In this document: in pieces, positions 1 to 8,938 of the stretch
How positions within the stretch are numbered: position 1 is the stretch's first letter
How the letters are laid out: each line of letters starts with the position of its first letter
Source of the DNA: an uncultured Verrucomicrobiae bacterium
Lineage (GTDB): Bacteria; Chlamydiota; Chlamydiia; Chlamydiales; Rhabdochlamydiaceae
Direction of reading: 5' to 3'
Length of the DNA stretch: 64,000 nucleotides
NCBI GenBank assembly: GCA_963806855.1
Contig: CAWDYW010000002.1
Coordinates: 145,294-209,293 of the forward strand
Position numbers and translations under genes: made by a program
The notes under the pieces: generated by a model
Database searches by the model: none
Seen by the model: the letters and a program-made list of their open reading frames with translations, nothing else
What the model was told of the DNA's origin: nothing

Positions 1-305
1 AGCCCGTGATGATCTATAATTTGCTCCAGTCAATGCGGCTGCTTGGCGATATGGCGAGGAGCTTTGCCGAGAAATGTGTCAAAGGGATAGAACCAAATCG
101 GGCCCGGATTGAGCAGCATCTCGAAAATTCTCTGATGCTCGCTACAGCCCTCAACACTGTGATTGGCTATGACAAAGCGAGCCAAATCGTGAAGAAGGCC
201 TACGAAGAGCACAAAACCCTAAAAGAGGCAGCGATGGAACTGAAATTACTGACAGCAAAAGAATTTGATGAGATCGTCGATCCGCGTAAAATGATCGGAG
301 GGTAA
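1..305 (+). CDS. fumC: Class II fumarate hydratase, C-terminal part (truncated by window start)
   Basis: [24 protein letters not shown] and VDPRKMIG are typical of the FumC/AspA C-terminus. Confidence 0.85.
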   Translation, partial: PVMIYNLLQSMRLLGDMARSFAEKCVKGIEPNRARIEQHLENSLMLATALNTVIGYDKASQIVKKAYEEHKTLKEAAMELKLLTAKEFDEIVDPRKMIGG

Positions 306-1436
306 ATGGATTTTCAGTCGTTTGAACTTTTTGCCTCTTTACCAATCGAAACCATCGAAAAAATCAAATCCTGTGCGAAGTCTTCCTATTTTGCTGCAGA
401 CGATTTTCTGGTTGTCGAAAATGAAAAAGGGTCCTCATTTTTCCTTATCGAAGAGGGTGAGGTTGAAATATTAAAGGATCAAATTCCCATTGGAATGCTA
501 CGGAAAGGGGATGTGCTCGGAGAAACTTCTCTCATTAATCGAGCGCGCACTGCATCTGCTAAAGCTAAAGGGGCAGTAACAGCAATTGAAATCTCAGTGC
601 CCCCTCTGAAGAAGGAGCTGACACCGGCCCAATTCGCCGTACTTAAAAATGCGATTTTGGAAAAAGAGATCGATAAAATTTCAAATGTAAATAAAATTGC
701 CGCTCTTTCAATACAACAGAATTTTGAAGATTTAAAGGCGAAAGAGCACATCGGCCAATTTATCGTCTATCTGCTCGCGTTCATTTTCATTTATGTTTTT
801 GCGATTCAAAGTGTCATCGCCTTCAAGTTAAACATCGTCTCTAGTTCGATTATCAGCATCCCGATCCTACTCATTTTAGGAATCGCGATGTATTTGATGA
901 TGAAGCGGAGCGGATATCCATTAGAGACCTATGGATTTACCCTTAAAGGATGGAAAGGGGCCCTGATTGAATCGGCCCTCTTCACCATCCCCATCTTCAT
1001 CTTCCTCATCATTTTGAAGTGGGTGCTCATTCACACGGTGCATCAATTTTCTCATCTCACCCTCTTTCATATTTCCCCATCCTTAATGCCTGGTGAACAT
1101 GTCAGTCATCTCGAAGGAGCAATTCTTGTTATGGTCTATGCCCTCTTCGTTCCGGTGCAAGAAATGGTTTTCAGAGGTGCAATCCAAAGCTCTTTAGAGA
1201 AATTCCTTAGCAAGAAGAACAAGATTTCTTTTGCGATATTTGTTTCCAATATCCCCTATGCATTGATCCATTTCCATCTCTCTCTAATTTTAGTTGTCTT
1301 AGTCTATTTCTTTGGCTCGTTTTGGGGGTGGATGTATTCAAGGCAAAAAACCTTGGTTGGCCCGGTGTTCTCCCACTTCATCGTCGGCTTGTTTGCCTTT
1401 TTCATTCTCGGGATTCAGGACATATTGGTGATTTAA
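306..1436 (+). CDS. Cyclic-nucleotide-binding domain fused to CPBP (CAAX protease/Abi) membrane domain
   Basis: N-terminal GEVEI...GETSLI..RTASAKA cNMP motif; C-terminal TM helices with QEMVFRG, YALIH and final SH motif. Confidence 0.8.
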   Translation: MDFQSFELFASLPIETIEKIKSCAKSSYFAADDFLVVENEKGSSFFLIEEGEVEILKDQIPIGMLRKGDVLGETSLINRARTASAKAKGAVTAIEISVPPLKKELTPAQFAVLKNAILEKEIDKISNVNKIAALSIQQNFEDLKAKEHIGQFIVYLLAFIFIYVFAIQSVIAFKLNIVSSSIISIPILLILGIAMYLMMKRSGYPLETYGFTLKGWKGALIESALFTIPIFIFLIILKWVLIHTVHQFSHLTLFHISPSLMPGEHVSHLEGAILVMVYALFVPVQEMVFRGAIQSSLEKFLSKKNKISFAIFVSNIPYALIHFHLSLILVVLVYFFGSFWGWMYSRQKTLVGPVFSHFIVGLFAFFILGIQDILVI

Positions 1437-2017
1437 CGATTTATAACTCGACTCGCCCAAAAATGTGAATTTGGACCGCGCGAGCTTTCGCGTGGGTCCA
1501 AATTCACATTTTTGGGCGAGTCGAAGTTTAAATGAATCCCTATTCTAGTGAGCAGAAAGCGGATCACGAGCAATGGATGGCAGACCAAATACTGTAAAAA
1601 TGTCCAATAGGAGGTCTTCTCAATCTTCTTTTGCAGTACTTCTGGAGAAAAGAGCAGAGCGTCGTCGATCCAAGTCTTATAAAAGGGGACGAGCGTCTTA
1701 GGCAAGGCATCTAATGGGAAAAAGTCGATCGCGGCAGTCTCAGGCCCCGTCCTAGGAATGCCTTCAATCATCGAGCACTCATAAAAATGGGTCGGCCGAG
1801 TGAACTTATTGGCCGGGATATAAAAAGCCACCTTTCGCTCGATTTTCAGTTTGAGCCCCGTCTCTTCTTCACCCTCCCTAAGGGCAGCCATTTCGGGCTC
1901 CTCGCCAGGCTCTATCCCGCCGCCGGGGAGGACCCATACCGGAATATCCCGCCGTTTGATGAGCAAAACCCCCCTTTTTTCCCTGTCAAAGATGATTGCG
2001 CAGACCGATTCTTCCAT
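1433..2017 (-). CDS. NUDIX hydrolase; C-terminus encoded by a palindromic miniature element
   Basis: Nudix box GGGIEPGEEPEMAALREGEEETGL. Confidence 0.9.
   Translation of the reverse strand: MEESVCAIIFDREKRGVLLIKRRDIPVWVLPGGGIEPGEEPEMAALREGEEETGLKLKIERKVAFYIPANKFTRPTHFYECSMIEGIPRTGPETAAIDFFPLDALPKTLVPFYKTWIDDALLFSPEVLQKKIEKTSYWTFLQYLVCHPLLVIRFLLTRIGIHLNFDSPKNVNLDPRESSRGPNSHFWASRVINR
1444..1530. mobile_element. Internally deleted MITE, family 1
   Basis: Inverted repeats cgactcgcccaaaaatgtgaatttggacc, nearly identical to the ends of the 167-bp copies. Confidence 0.8.
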
Positions 2018-2061
2018 TTTTCCTTGAAAAAAGAGCTTTTTCCAGAGATTATAGGTGCTCC

Positions 2062-2508
2062 ATGAATTTAAAGGTATTTCTTCTACTCATTCTTTGCGCT
2101 GCATGTGGCAGGCCGACACTCGTTCTGCAACAGCAGCAGATCAGCCCCAACTACTTGGCCAGCACCAATGTGGGCACCCCCGATCCACGCACCCCGCCCA
2201 AGGGGCAAATGATCGTCGCCGAATGGTTCGTCCCGCGCAGAATCGTCAATGAAGAGCCAACCTTACGGCTCAGCATCCTCTTCCACAACTATACTCAAGA
2301 CTGCGTCGAATTCCCCATCCGGAGTACCGTTGGCTACGAAACTTATTCGGTCCTCAATAGAGATTATAAAGAGAGCGGCGGCCTCTTGGCCTACAAAGCC
2401 GAAATCGTCACTTGCGATGGAGAAGTCCTAGCCGATTGGAAGCATCAGCTTTGGGTCGAGCTCATCACCATCGATACCGATGAAATCAACTCAGCCGTCG
2501 TCGAGTAG
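2062..2508 (+). CDS. Hypothetical lipoprotein
   Basis: MNLKVFLLLILCAAC signal/lipobox-like N-terminus. Confidence 0.65.
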   Translation: MNLKVFLLLILCAACGRPTLVLQQQQISPNYLASTNVGTPDPRTPPKGQMIVAEWFVPRRIVNEEPTLRLSILFHNYTQDCVEFPIRSTVGYETYSVLNRDYKESGGLLAYKAEIVTCDGEVLADWKHQLWVELITIDTDEINSAVVE

Positions 2509-3464
2509 TCGATGCATGGATCGGTCACCGATACCCCTGGTTGCAGGCCATCGAGTGGGTTGTGGATCAGTTGCGCCCCTGCATGGAGATTGCTCTCGAG
2601 CATCATCCCGAAAATCTGATGATTTCCCCTCTGGATCTGCTCCAAAACATCCTGGAAAGCCTTTTTTTGCTTAAAATACTGTCCTTGGGCATTGCCATGC
2701 GAGCAATCGATCAAGATGCGCGGAGGGAGTTCCTGCTCGCGCAACATGCAGAGGGTCGTTTGGATACTCGCTTCATCGTAGTTGGGAGCCTTCGAAGAGC
2801 CCCGTAGCACCACATGCGCGTAAGGGTTGCCCCCACTTTTGGCCAGATGGAGCCTTCCCTTGGCATTGATGTGCATGAATTGATGTGGAGTCCTTGCAGC
2901 GTGGATCGCGTTGACCGCGCACTCGATATTGCCATCGACCGAATTCTTAAAACCGATCGGCATCTTCAGGTGTGAGGCGAGCTGCCTGTGGATTTGCGAC
3001 GAGCTTGTCCGCGCGCCGATGCACCCCCAAGAGATTAAATCCTCGATATAAGGCGCTAAATGGGGAGTCAAAAATTCAGTCCCCGCCGGCATGCCCATCT
3101 CGGCCAATGCGACCAAAAATGTCCGTGTCATCGTGAGCCCGCTGCCGATATCGTGCGAGCCATTCAGATGCGGATCGTGAACAAGACCAAGCCATCCCTT
3201 GCGTGTCCGCGGCTTTTCGACATAGGCCCGCATGACGATAAAACAGCTCTCTTCGACTTCCTGAGCGAGCTCTTTAAGTTGCTGAGCATAGACAAGGGCC
3301 TCTTCAACATTGTGAATCGAGCAAGGGCCTACAATCAAGAGCAGGCGCGGATCTTGCCTGTCGATAATGCGCATGATCGTTTTTCGGCTTTCAGCAACCA
3401 CCTCAGCCCCTTTTTTGCTGAGCGGTATCTTTGCGATGAGATCCTGTGGAGCTATCAATTCCAT
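2445..3464 (-). CDS. aroG: DAHP synthase, class I alpha
   Basis: GPCSIH, EKPRT, IGART, GFKN, DCSHGN and SVTDPC motifs; isozyme name is nominal. Confidence 0.9.
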   Translation of the reverse strand: MELIAPQDLIAKIPLSKKGAEVVAESRKTIMRIIDRQDPRLLLIVGPCSIHNVEEALVYAQQLKELAQEVEESCFIVMRAYVEKPRTRKGWLGLVHDPHLNGSHDIGSGLTMTRTFLVALAEMGMPAGTEFLTPHLAPYIEDLISWGCIGARTSSSQIHRQLASHLKMPIGFKNSVDGNIECAVNAIHAARTPHQFMHINAKGRLHLAKSGGNPYAHVVLRGSSKAPNYDEASIQTTLCMLREQELPPRILIDCSHGNAQGQYFKQKKAFQDVLEQIQRGNHQIFGMMLESNLHAGAQLIHNPLDGLQPGVSVTDPCIDYSTTAELISSVSMVMSSTQS

Positions 3465-3570
3465 TCGGTTAGGTTAACAGAGCAAAAATTTGAAGACAAT
3501 ATGCAAGACGACAGTCTTCTCACGCACAAATTTTGCGATTTTCTACCTATATGAGTTCTAACATCCTCAT

Positions 3571-3677
3571 AAAACGTGGTGAGTTTCCACGTTTTTCCAT
3601 GGAAAAACGTGCAGATCTAACACGTTTTTCCATGGAAAAACGTGCAGATCTAACACGTTTTTCCATGCAAAAACGTG
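3571..3677. repeat. Tandem 33-bp repeat of a 24-bp palindrome (3 copies plus a half site)
   Basis: cacgtttttccatggaaaaacgtg at 3588, 3621 and 3654 (last with one mismatch), separated by cagatctaa. Confidence 0.9.
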
Positions 3678-3740
3678 GTTAAAAATTATAAGCGCTTGGT
3701 TATCAGTTCATTGAAAAAAAATCCATTTCTGTGGTAAAAT

Positions 3741-4451
3741 ATGCCTATGGAAATCACAGCTTCAGCCTATCAATTCATCAGTCAGCAATGGGACCGCCCG
3801 ATCTCTGTAGAGAATGAGATAGCCCAGATTGGGGTCAATTTTTTACATAAGACCATGGTTGCTGTTGCCGCCTTAGTGGTGATCATTGCGACCCCCATCC
3901 TTGCTCTAATCGACCTTTGCTGTATAGGATGTAAGCAGGAGCGGACGGTGGGCCAAGTATCCATTTTAGACTTTTATCGGGGCGGACAGAATGATCGGGG
4001 TGTCACTCTCGAAGAGATCTGGCGGTGGGATGATGCCAAATTGGAGAGTCATCACGACTTCATTCAGTGGCTATTTCCGCTAAAGAAGCAGAGCAGATTT
4101 AACCCTTCTGCAGCCCTGACAGATGATACGGTGATTGCCGCTTTTAAACAGGACAAATCGCTGCAGGATAAAATGGTCCGGTCATTGGATGTGATGCTGA
4201 AGTTTTATGGGTTTGAATGGAGCGGCGATCAAATCGTGATGGGGCCCCATTTTGCCAAGCAGGCACAGAATTGGCTTAAGTCCGGCAGTCACAATTATTT
4301 GCGCATCAGCCGCATTTTAACATCACTCCGGCTCCATGGTCTTGAGAGTTATGCTGGGGCGCTCATGCATGCGCTCGAACAGGTCAATAAGCAATATTCA
4401 AACCAGATCGATCCTCAGACGTTTTCCATTTGGAAAGCAGCTTCCAAATAG
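3741..4451 (+). CDS. Opioid growth factor receptor (OGFr) conserved-domain protein
   Basis: LESHHDFIQWLFP, MLKFYG and HNYLRISRIL motifs. Confidence 0.8.
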   Translation: MPMEITASAYQFISQQWDRPISVENEIAQIGVNFLHKTMVAVAALVVIIATPILALIDLCCIGCKQERTVGQVSILDFYRGGQNDRGVTLEEIWRWDDAKLESHHDFIQWLFPLKKQSRFNPSAALTDDTVIAAFKQDKSLQDKMVRSLDVMLKFYGFEWSGDQIVMGPHFAKQAQNWLKSGSHNYLRISRILTSLRLHGLESYAGALMHALEQVNKQYSNQIDPQTFSIWKAASK

Positions 4452-5516
4452 TTACGTCGGTAAAGTGTCTGGCTTCTTGTAAAAATAGTAATCATTATCT
4501 TTGTGCGGTCTTGCCCAGTTACGAAAACGATTATCAGGAACCTGTTCTTCTCCTCCAACTTGTTCTAAGATAGCTTCTATCTCGCGGTTGTATGCTTGCC
4601 GCCACTCGTACTGCTTGGTCCCTGGAGTAAAGAATTTTTCTTTCCAACCATTATGCATTTCTCGATTAGTGATTGGATAATTATCCGCAAAGTTTTGCAA
4701 AGAGGGTTTAGCAAAAGCCAAGTATGAATCGAAGTTCGATTCACAATAGTTTGGCAAATCGAAAATATTGCGGTAGGCTACAGGCAGTGCAAATGCTCCT
4801 GAAAAGAGCCATGGGGATGAGTGGAGCTTTCTATTGTCCAATCCAGGTTGTTTCATCAGGAGAACGCCCCCCTTTAAGCCGAATCGATTATTCTCTGACC
4901 ACGTTTTTAAATCCTCTCTAACGGCTTTTGCAATGGCTAGAGAGTCATTCATCCATTGCTCACAGTCTGCCTCTAGTTGTTCGAGAGTATAGGGCTGCGG
5001 CTTTGGAAATGGATGAACTTGGGGGGCGAAACGAGTTCCTGACGAATAGCCTGACGAATAGGCGGCAAGATAAACAGAGTTAGTGTCTGGGAATGAATTC
5101 CAAATTTTATCCCGAATTTCGCAATGTCGCTTTTGACAATCGACGATCGCCGGATCGGTTGGAGGGGCCATTATGCCCCAAATGCTACGCTCTTTTTGCA
5201 ATTGTTTTTGCAATTGGGCAAAGGCGTCGGTTCGTTCCCAAACTTTTCCCTGAATATAAGATCCGATTGAGAGCGCGCCTTTGACAGCGGTCAGTCCTAA
5301 GGCAGACCATAAACACACCCGAAATAAGAGGGGTGAATCGCTTAGGGGTTGTTTGTAATTGTAATGGGGAAGCGTACCTAGGAAGCTTCCCGCCCAGGCT
5401 ACAATCGCCCATCCAGATAACTTATTTAAGTTATTAAGGGAAAACTGCTCATTGTATTTTTTAAAATCGGGAATTGAAGAATAAACATTGTTCCACGAGT
5501 TAATAGCGTCTGTCAT
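4452..5516 (-). CDS. Hypothetical membrane-anchored protein, tandem paralog 1 of 4
   Basis: Shared N-terminus MTDAINSWNNVYSSIPDFKKYN, two hydrophobic segments, GWKEKFFxPGTKQYEWRQ. Confidence 0.85.
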   Translation of the reverse strand: MTDAINSWNNVYSSIPDFKKYNEQFSLNNLNKLSGWAIVAWAGSFLGTLPHYNYKQPLSDSPLLFRVCLWSALGLTAVKGALSIGSYIQGKVWERTDAFAQLQKQLQKERSIWGIMAPPTDPAIVDCQKRHCEIRDKIWNSFPDTNSVYLAAYSSGYSSGTRFAPQVHPFPKPQPYTLEQLEADCEQWMNDSLAIAKAVREDLKTWSENNRFGLKGGVLLMKQPGLDNRKLHSSPWLFSGAFALPVAYRNIFDLPNYCESNFDSYLAFAKPSLQNFADNYPITNREMHNGWKEKFFTPGTKQYEWRQAYNREIEAILEQVGGEEQVPDNRFRNWARPHKDNDYYFYKKPDTLPT

Positions 5517-5527
5517 AAAAACCTCTT

Positions 5528-5566
5528 TTAGATAAATAAGTTCAATTTTTTATTTGTTTCAATCAG
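5528..5566 (-). repeat. Relic copy of valS 3' end
   Basis: Encodes LIETNKKLNLFI* versus valS LIETSKKLNLF*. Confidence 0.75.
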
Positions 5567-5607
5567 TCCGCAGCCGTTTTCCATTTGGAAAGCCGCTTGC
5601 AAATAGT

Positions 5608-5774
5608 TAAACCCCGACTCGCCCAAAAGTGTGGATTTGGACCGCGCCAAAGCCTCGGGGTTCAACTGTTTTTCCGAGGGTTGTATATATTCGATACTAC
5701 CCTCGGAAAAACAGTTGAACCGCGAGAGCTTTCGCGTGGGTCCAAATTCACACTTTTGGGCGAGTCGGGGTTTA
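5608..5774. mobile_element. MITE family 1, 167 bp including flanking TA
   Basis: About 35-bp terminal inverted repeats, internal hairpin, TA at both ends; near-identical inverted copy at 19914-20080. Confidence 0.9.
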
Positions 5775-6761
5775 TGTCGGTTTACCGCCTGGCCAATTGT
5801 TAAATTTGTCATCGTTGTCTTTGTGCAATGCTCCCCATTTCTGAAAGCGCTCATCGGGGATCTTATCTATTCCACCCGTTTGGGCAAAGATCGCTTCCAT
5901 TGCTTCGTTGTACTTTTGTCTCCACTCATACTGCTTTGTCCCAGTTGTGAAGAATTTTTCTTTCCAGCCTTCATGGACTTGCCGGTTTGAGGCGGGATAA
6001 GTTTTCGCAAATTCGTCTTCAGCTTTTTTCTCATCCCTTCCTTCAAATTCCGAAATACAGTCTGGAAGATCGAATATATAGCGGTAGGCTTCCGGCAGGC
6101 TGAAAAAACCCCTGTAAAGCCATGGAAAGTTGAAGGCTGGGTCTTCCCCATTCGGAGGTTGAACTTCCAATAGATCTCCATTTGTTAAGCGACGATTGTT
6201 TAGTGTGAATCGTCCGCTTTCAGACCATTTTTTTAAATCTTCTCGAACAGCTTTTGCAATGGCAAGTGTGTCATTCATCCATTGCTCGCAATCCGCTTCT
6301 AGTTTTTCGAGAGTATAGGGCTCGGGTTTTGGCATAGGAGCTTTTGAAGGATTAACTTTAGACCTCCAGATAAAACCGGATCTAGGGAATGAATTCCAAA
6401 TTTTATTCTGCATTTGTCGATGACGCTTGTGACAATCGGTGATGGTTGGATCGCTTGGTGGGACCAAAGTATTCCAAACGCTCAGTTCATTTTGTAATCT
6501 GGCAAAGGTGTCGGTTCGTTCCCAAACTTTTCCCTGAACATAAGCTCCGAGAGCGATAGATCCCTTGACTGCCGTTAGCCCAACAAATGACAATAAACAG
6601 GCCCGATTTAGGAGGGGTTGACTGTCTTTTGATAGGATTAATCCCATCATGGGGACTAACGCCAATCCAACGAGCCTATTTAAGGAAAACTGCTCATTGT
6701 ATTTTTTAAAATCGGGAATTGAAGAATAAACATTGTTCCACGAGTTAATGGCGTCTGTCAT
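5772..6761 (-). CDS. Hypothetical membrane-anchored protein, tandem paralog 2 of 4
   Basis: High similarity to neighbouring ORFs. Confidence 0.85.
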   Translation of the reverse strand: MTDAINSWNNVYSSIPDFKKYNEQFSLNRLVGLALVPMMGLILSKDSQPLLNRACLLSFVGLTAVKGSIALGAYVQGKVWERTDTFARLQNELSVWNTLVPPSDPTITDCHKRHRQMQNKIWNSFPRSGFIWRSKVNPSKAPMPKPEPYTLEKLEADCEQWMNDTLAIAKAVREDLKKWSESGRFTLNNRRLTNGDLLEVQPPNGEDPAFNFPWLYRGFFSLPEAYRYIFDLPDCISEFEGRDEKKAEDEFAKTYPASNRQVHEGWKEKFFTTGTKQYEWRQKYNEAMEAIFAQTGGIDKIPDERFQKWGALHKDNDDKFNNWPGGKPT

Positions 6762-6772
6762 AAAAACCTCTT

Positions 6773-6811
6773 TTAGATAAATAAGTTCAATTTTTTATTT
6801 GTTTCAATCAG
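6773..6811 (-). repeat. Relic copy of valS 3' end
   Basis: Same 39 bp as 5528-5566. Confidence 0.75.
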
Positions 6812-6844
6812 TCCGCTCCCCAACTCTTTCCATTTGGAAAGCAG

Positions 6845-7837
6845 CTAGTTTGGTTTAGAGCCTGGCGATCTGCAAAATTGGTAATCGCCTTGAGCGTGGA
6901 GTCTTCCCCAATTAACAAAGCGCTCATCGGGGATCTTATCTATTCCACCCGTTTGGGCAAAGATCGCTTCCATTGCTTCGTTGTACTTTTGTCTCCACTC
7001 ATACTGCTTTGTCCCAGGTATGAAGAATTTCTCTTTCCAGCCTTCACGGAGTTGCCGGTTTGAGGCGGGATAAGTTTTTGCAAATTTGTCCTCAGCTTCT
7101 TTGTATCCCTCTCGTTCAAATTCCGCAATACAGTCTGGCAGATTGAATATATTTCGGTAGGCTTCAGGTAATCGAAATGCTCCTTTATAAAGCCATGGAC
7201 AAGAGAAGGGCTCGAATTGCCACGTGCCGGCTTGAACTACTAATAGATCCCCTCCTGAGTAGGAATTATCACCTTTTTTGAATTGTCCACTTTCAGACCA
7301 TTTCTTTAAATCTTCTCGAACAGCTCTTGCAATTGCCAGTGAGTCCTTCATCCATTGCTCGCAGTCTGTTTCTAGTTTTTCCAGCGTATAGGGCTCAGGC
7401 TTTGGGATCGGTACACCGCGAACTTCAGCTTCATTAAAAAAATTGCCATATGGGAATGAATTCCAAAGTTTGATCTGCATTTCTCTATAACGCATTGCAC
7501 AATCTGTAATGGTTGGATCGGTTGGAGGAACCAAAGTACCCCAAATGTCTAGCTCTTTCTGCTCTTGTTGTAATTTGGCAAAGATGTCGGTTTGTTCGAA
7601 AACTTTCCCCTGAATATAAGCTCCAAATGCGAGGGATCCCTTGACTGCCGTTAACCCAATAACCGACCAGAAACAGGCCCGGTTTAGGAGCGATTGACTG
7701 TCTTTGGATAGGATCAATCCCAATATGGGGCCAAGCGCCAATACAGAAAACTTATTTAAGGAAAACTGCGCATTGTATTTTTTAAAATCGGGAATTGAAG
7801 AATAAACATTGTTCCACGAGTTAATGGCGTCTGTCAT
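6845..7837 (-). CDS. Hypothetical membrane-anchored protein, tandem paralog 3 of 4
   Basis: High similarity to neighbouring ORFs. Confidence 0.85.
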   Translation of the reverse strand: MTDAINSWNNVYSSIPDFKKYNAQFSLNKFSVLALGPILGLILSKDSQSLLNRACFWSVIGLTAVKGSLAFGAYIQGKVFEQTDIFAKLQQEQKELDIWGTLVPPTDPTITDCAMRYREMQIKLWNSFPYGNFFNEAEVRGVPIPKPEPYTLEKLETDCEQWMKDSLAIARAVREDLKKWSESGQFKKGDNSYSGGDLLVVQAGTWQFEPFSCPWLYKGAFRLPEAYRNIFNLPDCIAEFEREGYKEAEDKFAKTYPASNRQLREGWKEKFFIPGTKQYEWRQKYNEAMEAIFAQTGGIDKIPDERFVNWGRLHAQGDYQFCRSPGSKPN

Positions 7838-7848
7838 AAAAACCTCTT

Positions 7849-7887
7849 TTAGATAAATAAGTTCAATTTTTTATTTGTTTCAATCAG
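7849..7887 (-). repeat. Relic copy of valS 3' end
   Basis: Same 39 bp as 5528-5566; contains the stop codon of paralog 4. Confidence 0.75.
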
Positions 7888-8870
7888 GCCGTCGGTTTAC
7901 TGCCTGGCCAATTGTTAAATGTGTAATCGCCGTCATTGTGCAATGCTCCCCATTTCTGAAAGCGCTCTTCGGGGATCTTATCTATTCCACCCGTTTGGGC
8001 AAAGATCGCGTCCATTGCTTCGTTGTACTTTTGTCTCCACTCGAACTGCTTTGTCCCAGGTATGAAGAATTTTTCTTTCCAGCCTTCATGGACTTGCCGG
8101 TTTGAGGCGGGATAAGTTTCCGCAAATTCGTCTTCAGCTTTTTTCTCACCCCCTCCTTCAAATTCCGAAATACAATCTGGAAGATCGAATATATAGCGGT
8201 AGGCTTCCGGCAGGCAGATAAAACCCCTGTTAAGCCATGGACAGGAGAAGGGTTTGAATTGCCATTGCCCATGTTGAACTTCCAATAGATCCCCATTTGT
8301 TAAGCGACGATTGTCTAGTATGAATCGTCCGCTTTCAGACCATTTTTTTAAATCTTCTCGAACAGCTTTTGCAATGGCAAGTGTGTCATTCATCCACTGC
8401 TCGCAATCTGCTTCTAATTTTTCGAGGGTATAGGGCTCGGGTTCTGGCATAGGAGCGGAACTCATTTGAGACCTCCGGATAAAACCGGAGCTAGGGAATG
8501 AATTCCAAATTTTCTTCTGCATTTGTTGATGACGAATTTTACAATCGGTGACTGTTGGATCGCTGGGTGGGACCAAAGTATCCCAAACGCTCAGCTCTTT
8601 TTGCAATTGTGCAAAGGTGTCGGTTCGTTCCCAAACTTTCCCCTGAATATAAGCTCCAAATGCGATAGATCCCTTGACTGCGGTTAGCCCAAGAGCCGAC
8701 CATAAACAGACCCGGTTTAGGAGCGGTTGACTGTCTGGGGCTAAGATAAATCCCAATATGGGGCCAAGCGCCAATACAGAAAACTTATTTAAGGAAAACT
8801 GCTCATTGTATTTTTTAAAATCGGGAATTGAAGAATAAATATTGTCCCAACGGTTAATAGCGCCTGCCAT
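7884..8870 (-). CDS. Hypothetical membrane-anchored protein, tandem paralog 4 of 4
   Basis: High similarity to neighbouring ORFs; AAAGGAG RBS upstream. Confidence 0.85.
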   Translation of the reverse strand: MAGAINRWDNIYSSIPDFKKYNEQFSLNKFSVLALGPILGFILAPDSQPLLNRVCLWSALGLTAVKGSIAFGAYIQGKVWERTDTFAQLQKELSVWDTLVPPSDPTVTDCKIRHQQMQKKIWNSFPSSGFIRRSQMSSAPMPEPEPYTLEKLEADCEQWMNDTLAIAKAVREDLKKWSESGRFILDNRRLTNGDLLEVQHGQWQFKPFSCPWLNRGFICLPEAYRYIFDLPDCISEFEGGGEKKAEDEFAETYPASNRQVHEGWKEKFFIPGTKQFEWRQKYNEAMDAIFAQTGGIDKIPEERFQKWGALHNDGDYTFNNWPGSKPTA

Positions 8871-8938
8871 AAATGCTCCTTTAAGTTAATTTATTGTATT
8901 ATATCAGATATTTGAGTTTAATTAAATAGTAAAAAAAT

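Noticed and set aside
3571..3677. Possible CRISPR array
   Set aside because: Spacers are identical and only 9 bp; no cas genes in the window
5528..5990. ORFs 5528-5854, 5585-5803 and 5631-5990
   Set aside because: They are read-throughs of the MITE, the valS relic and the antisense or alternate frame of paralog 2
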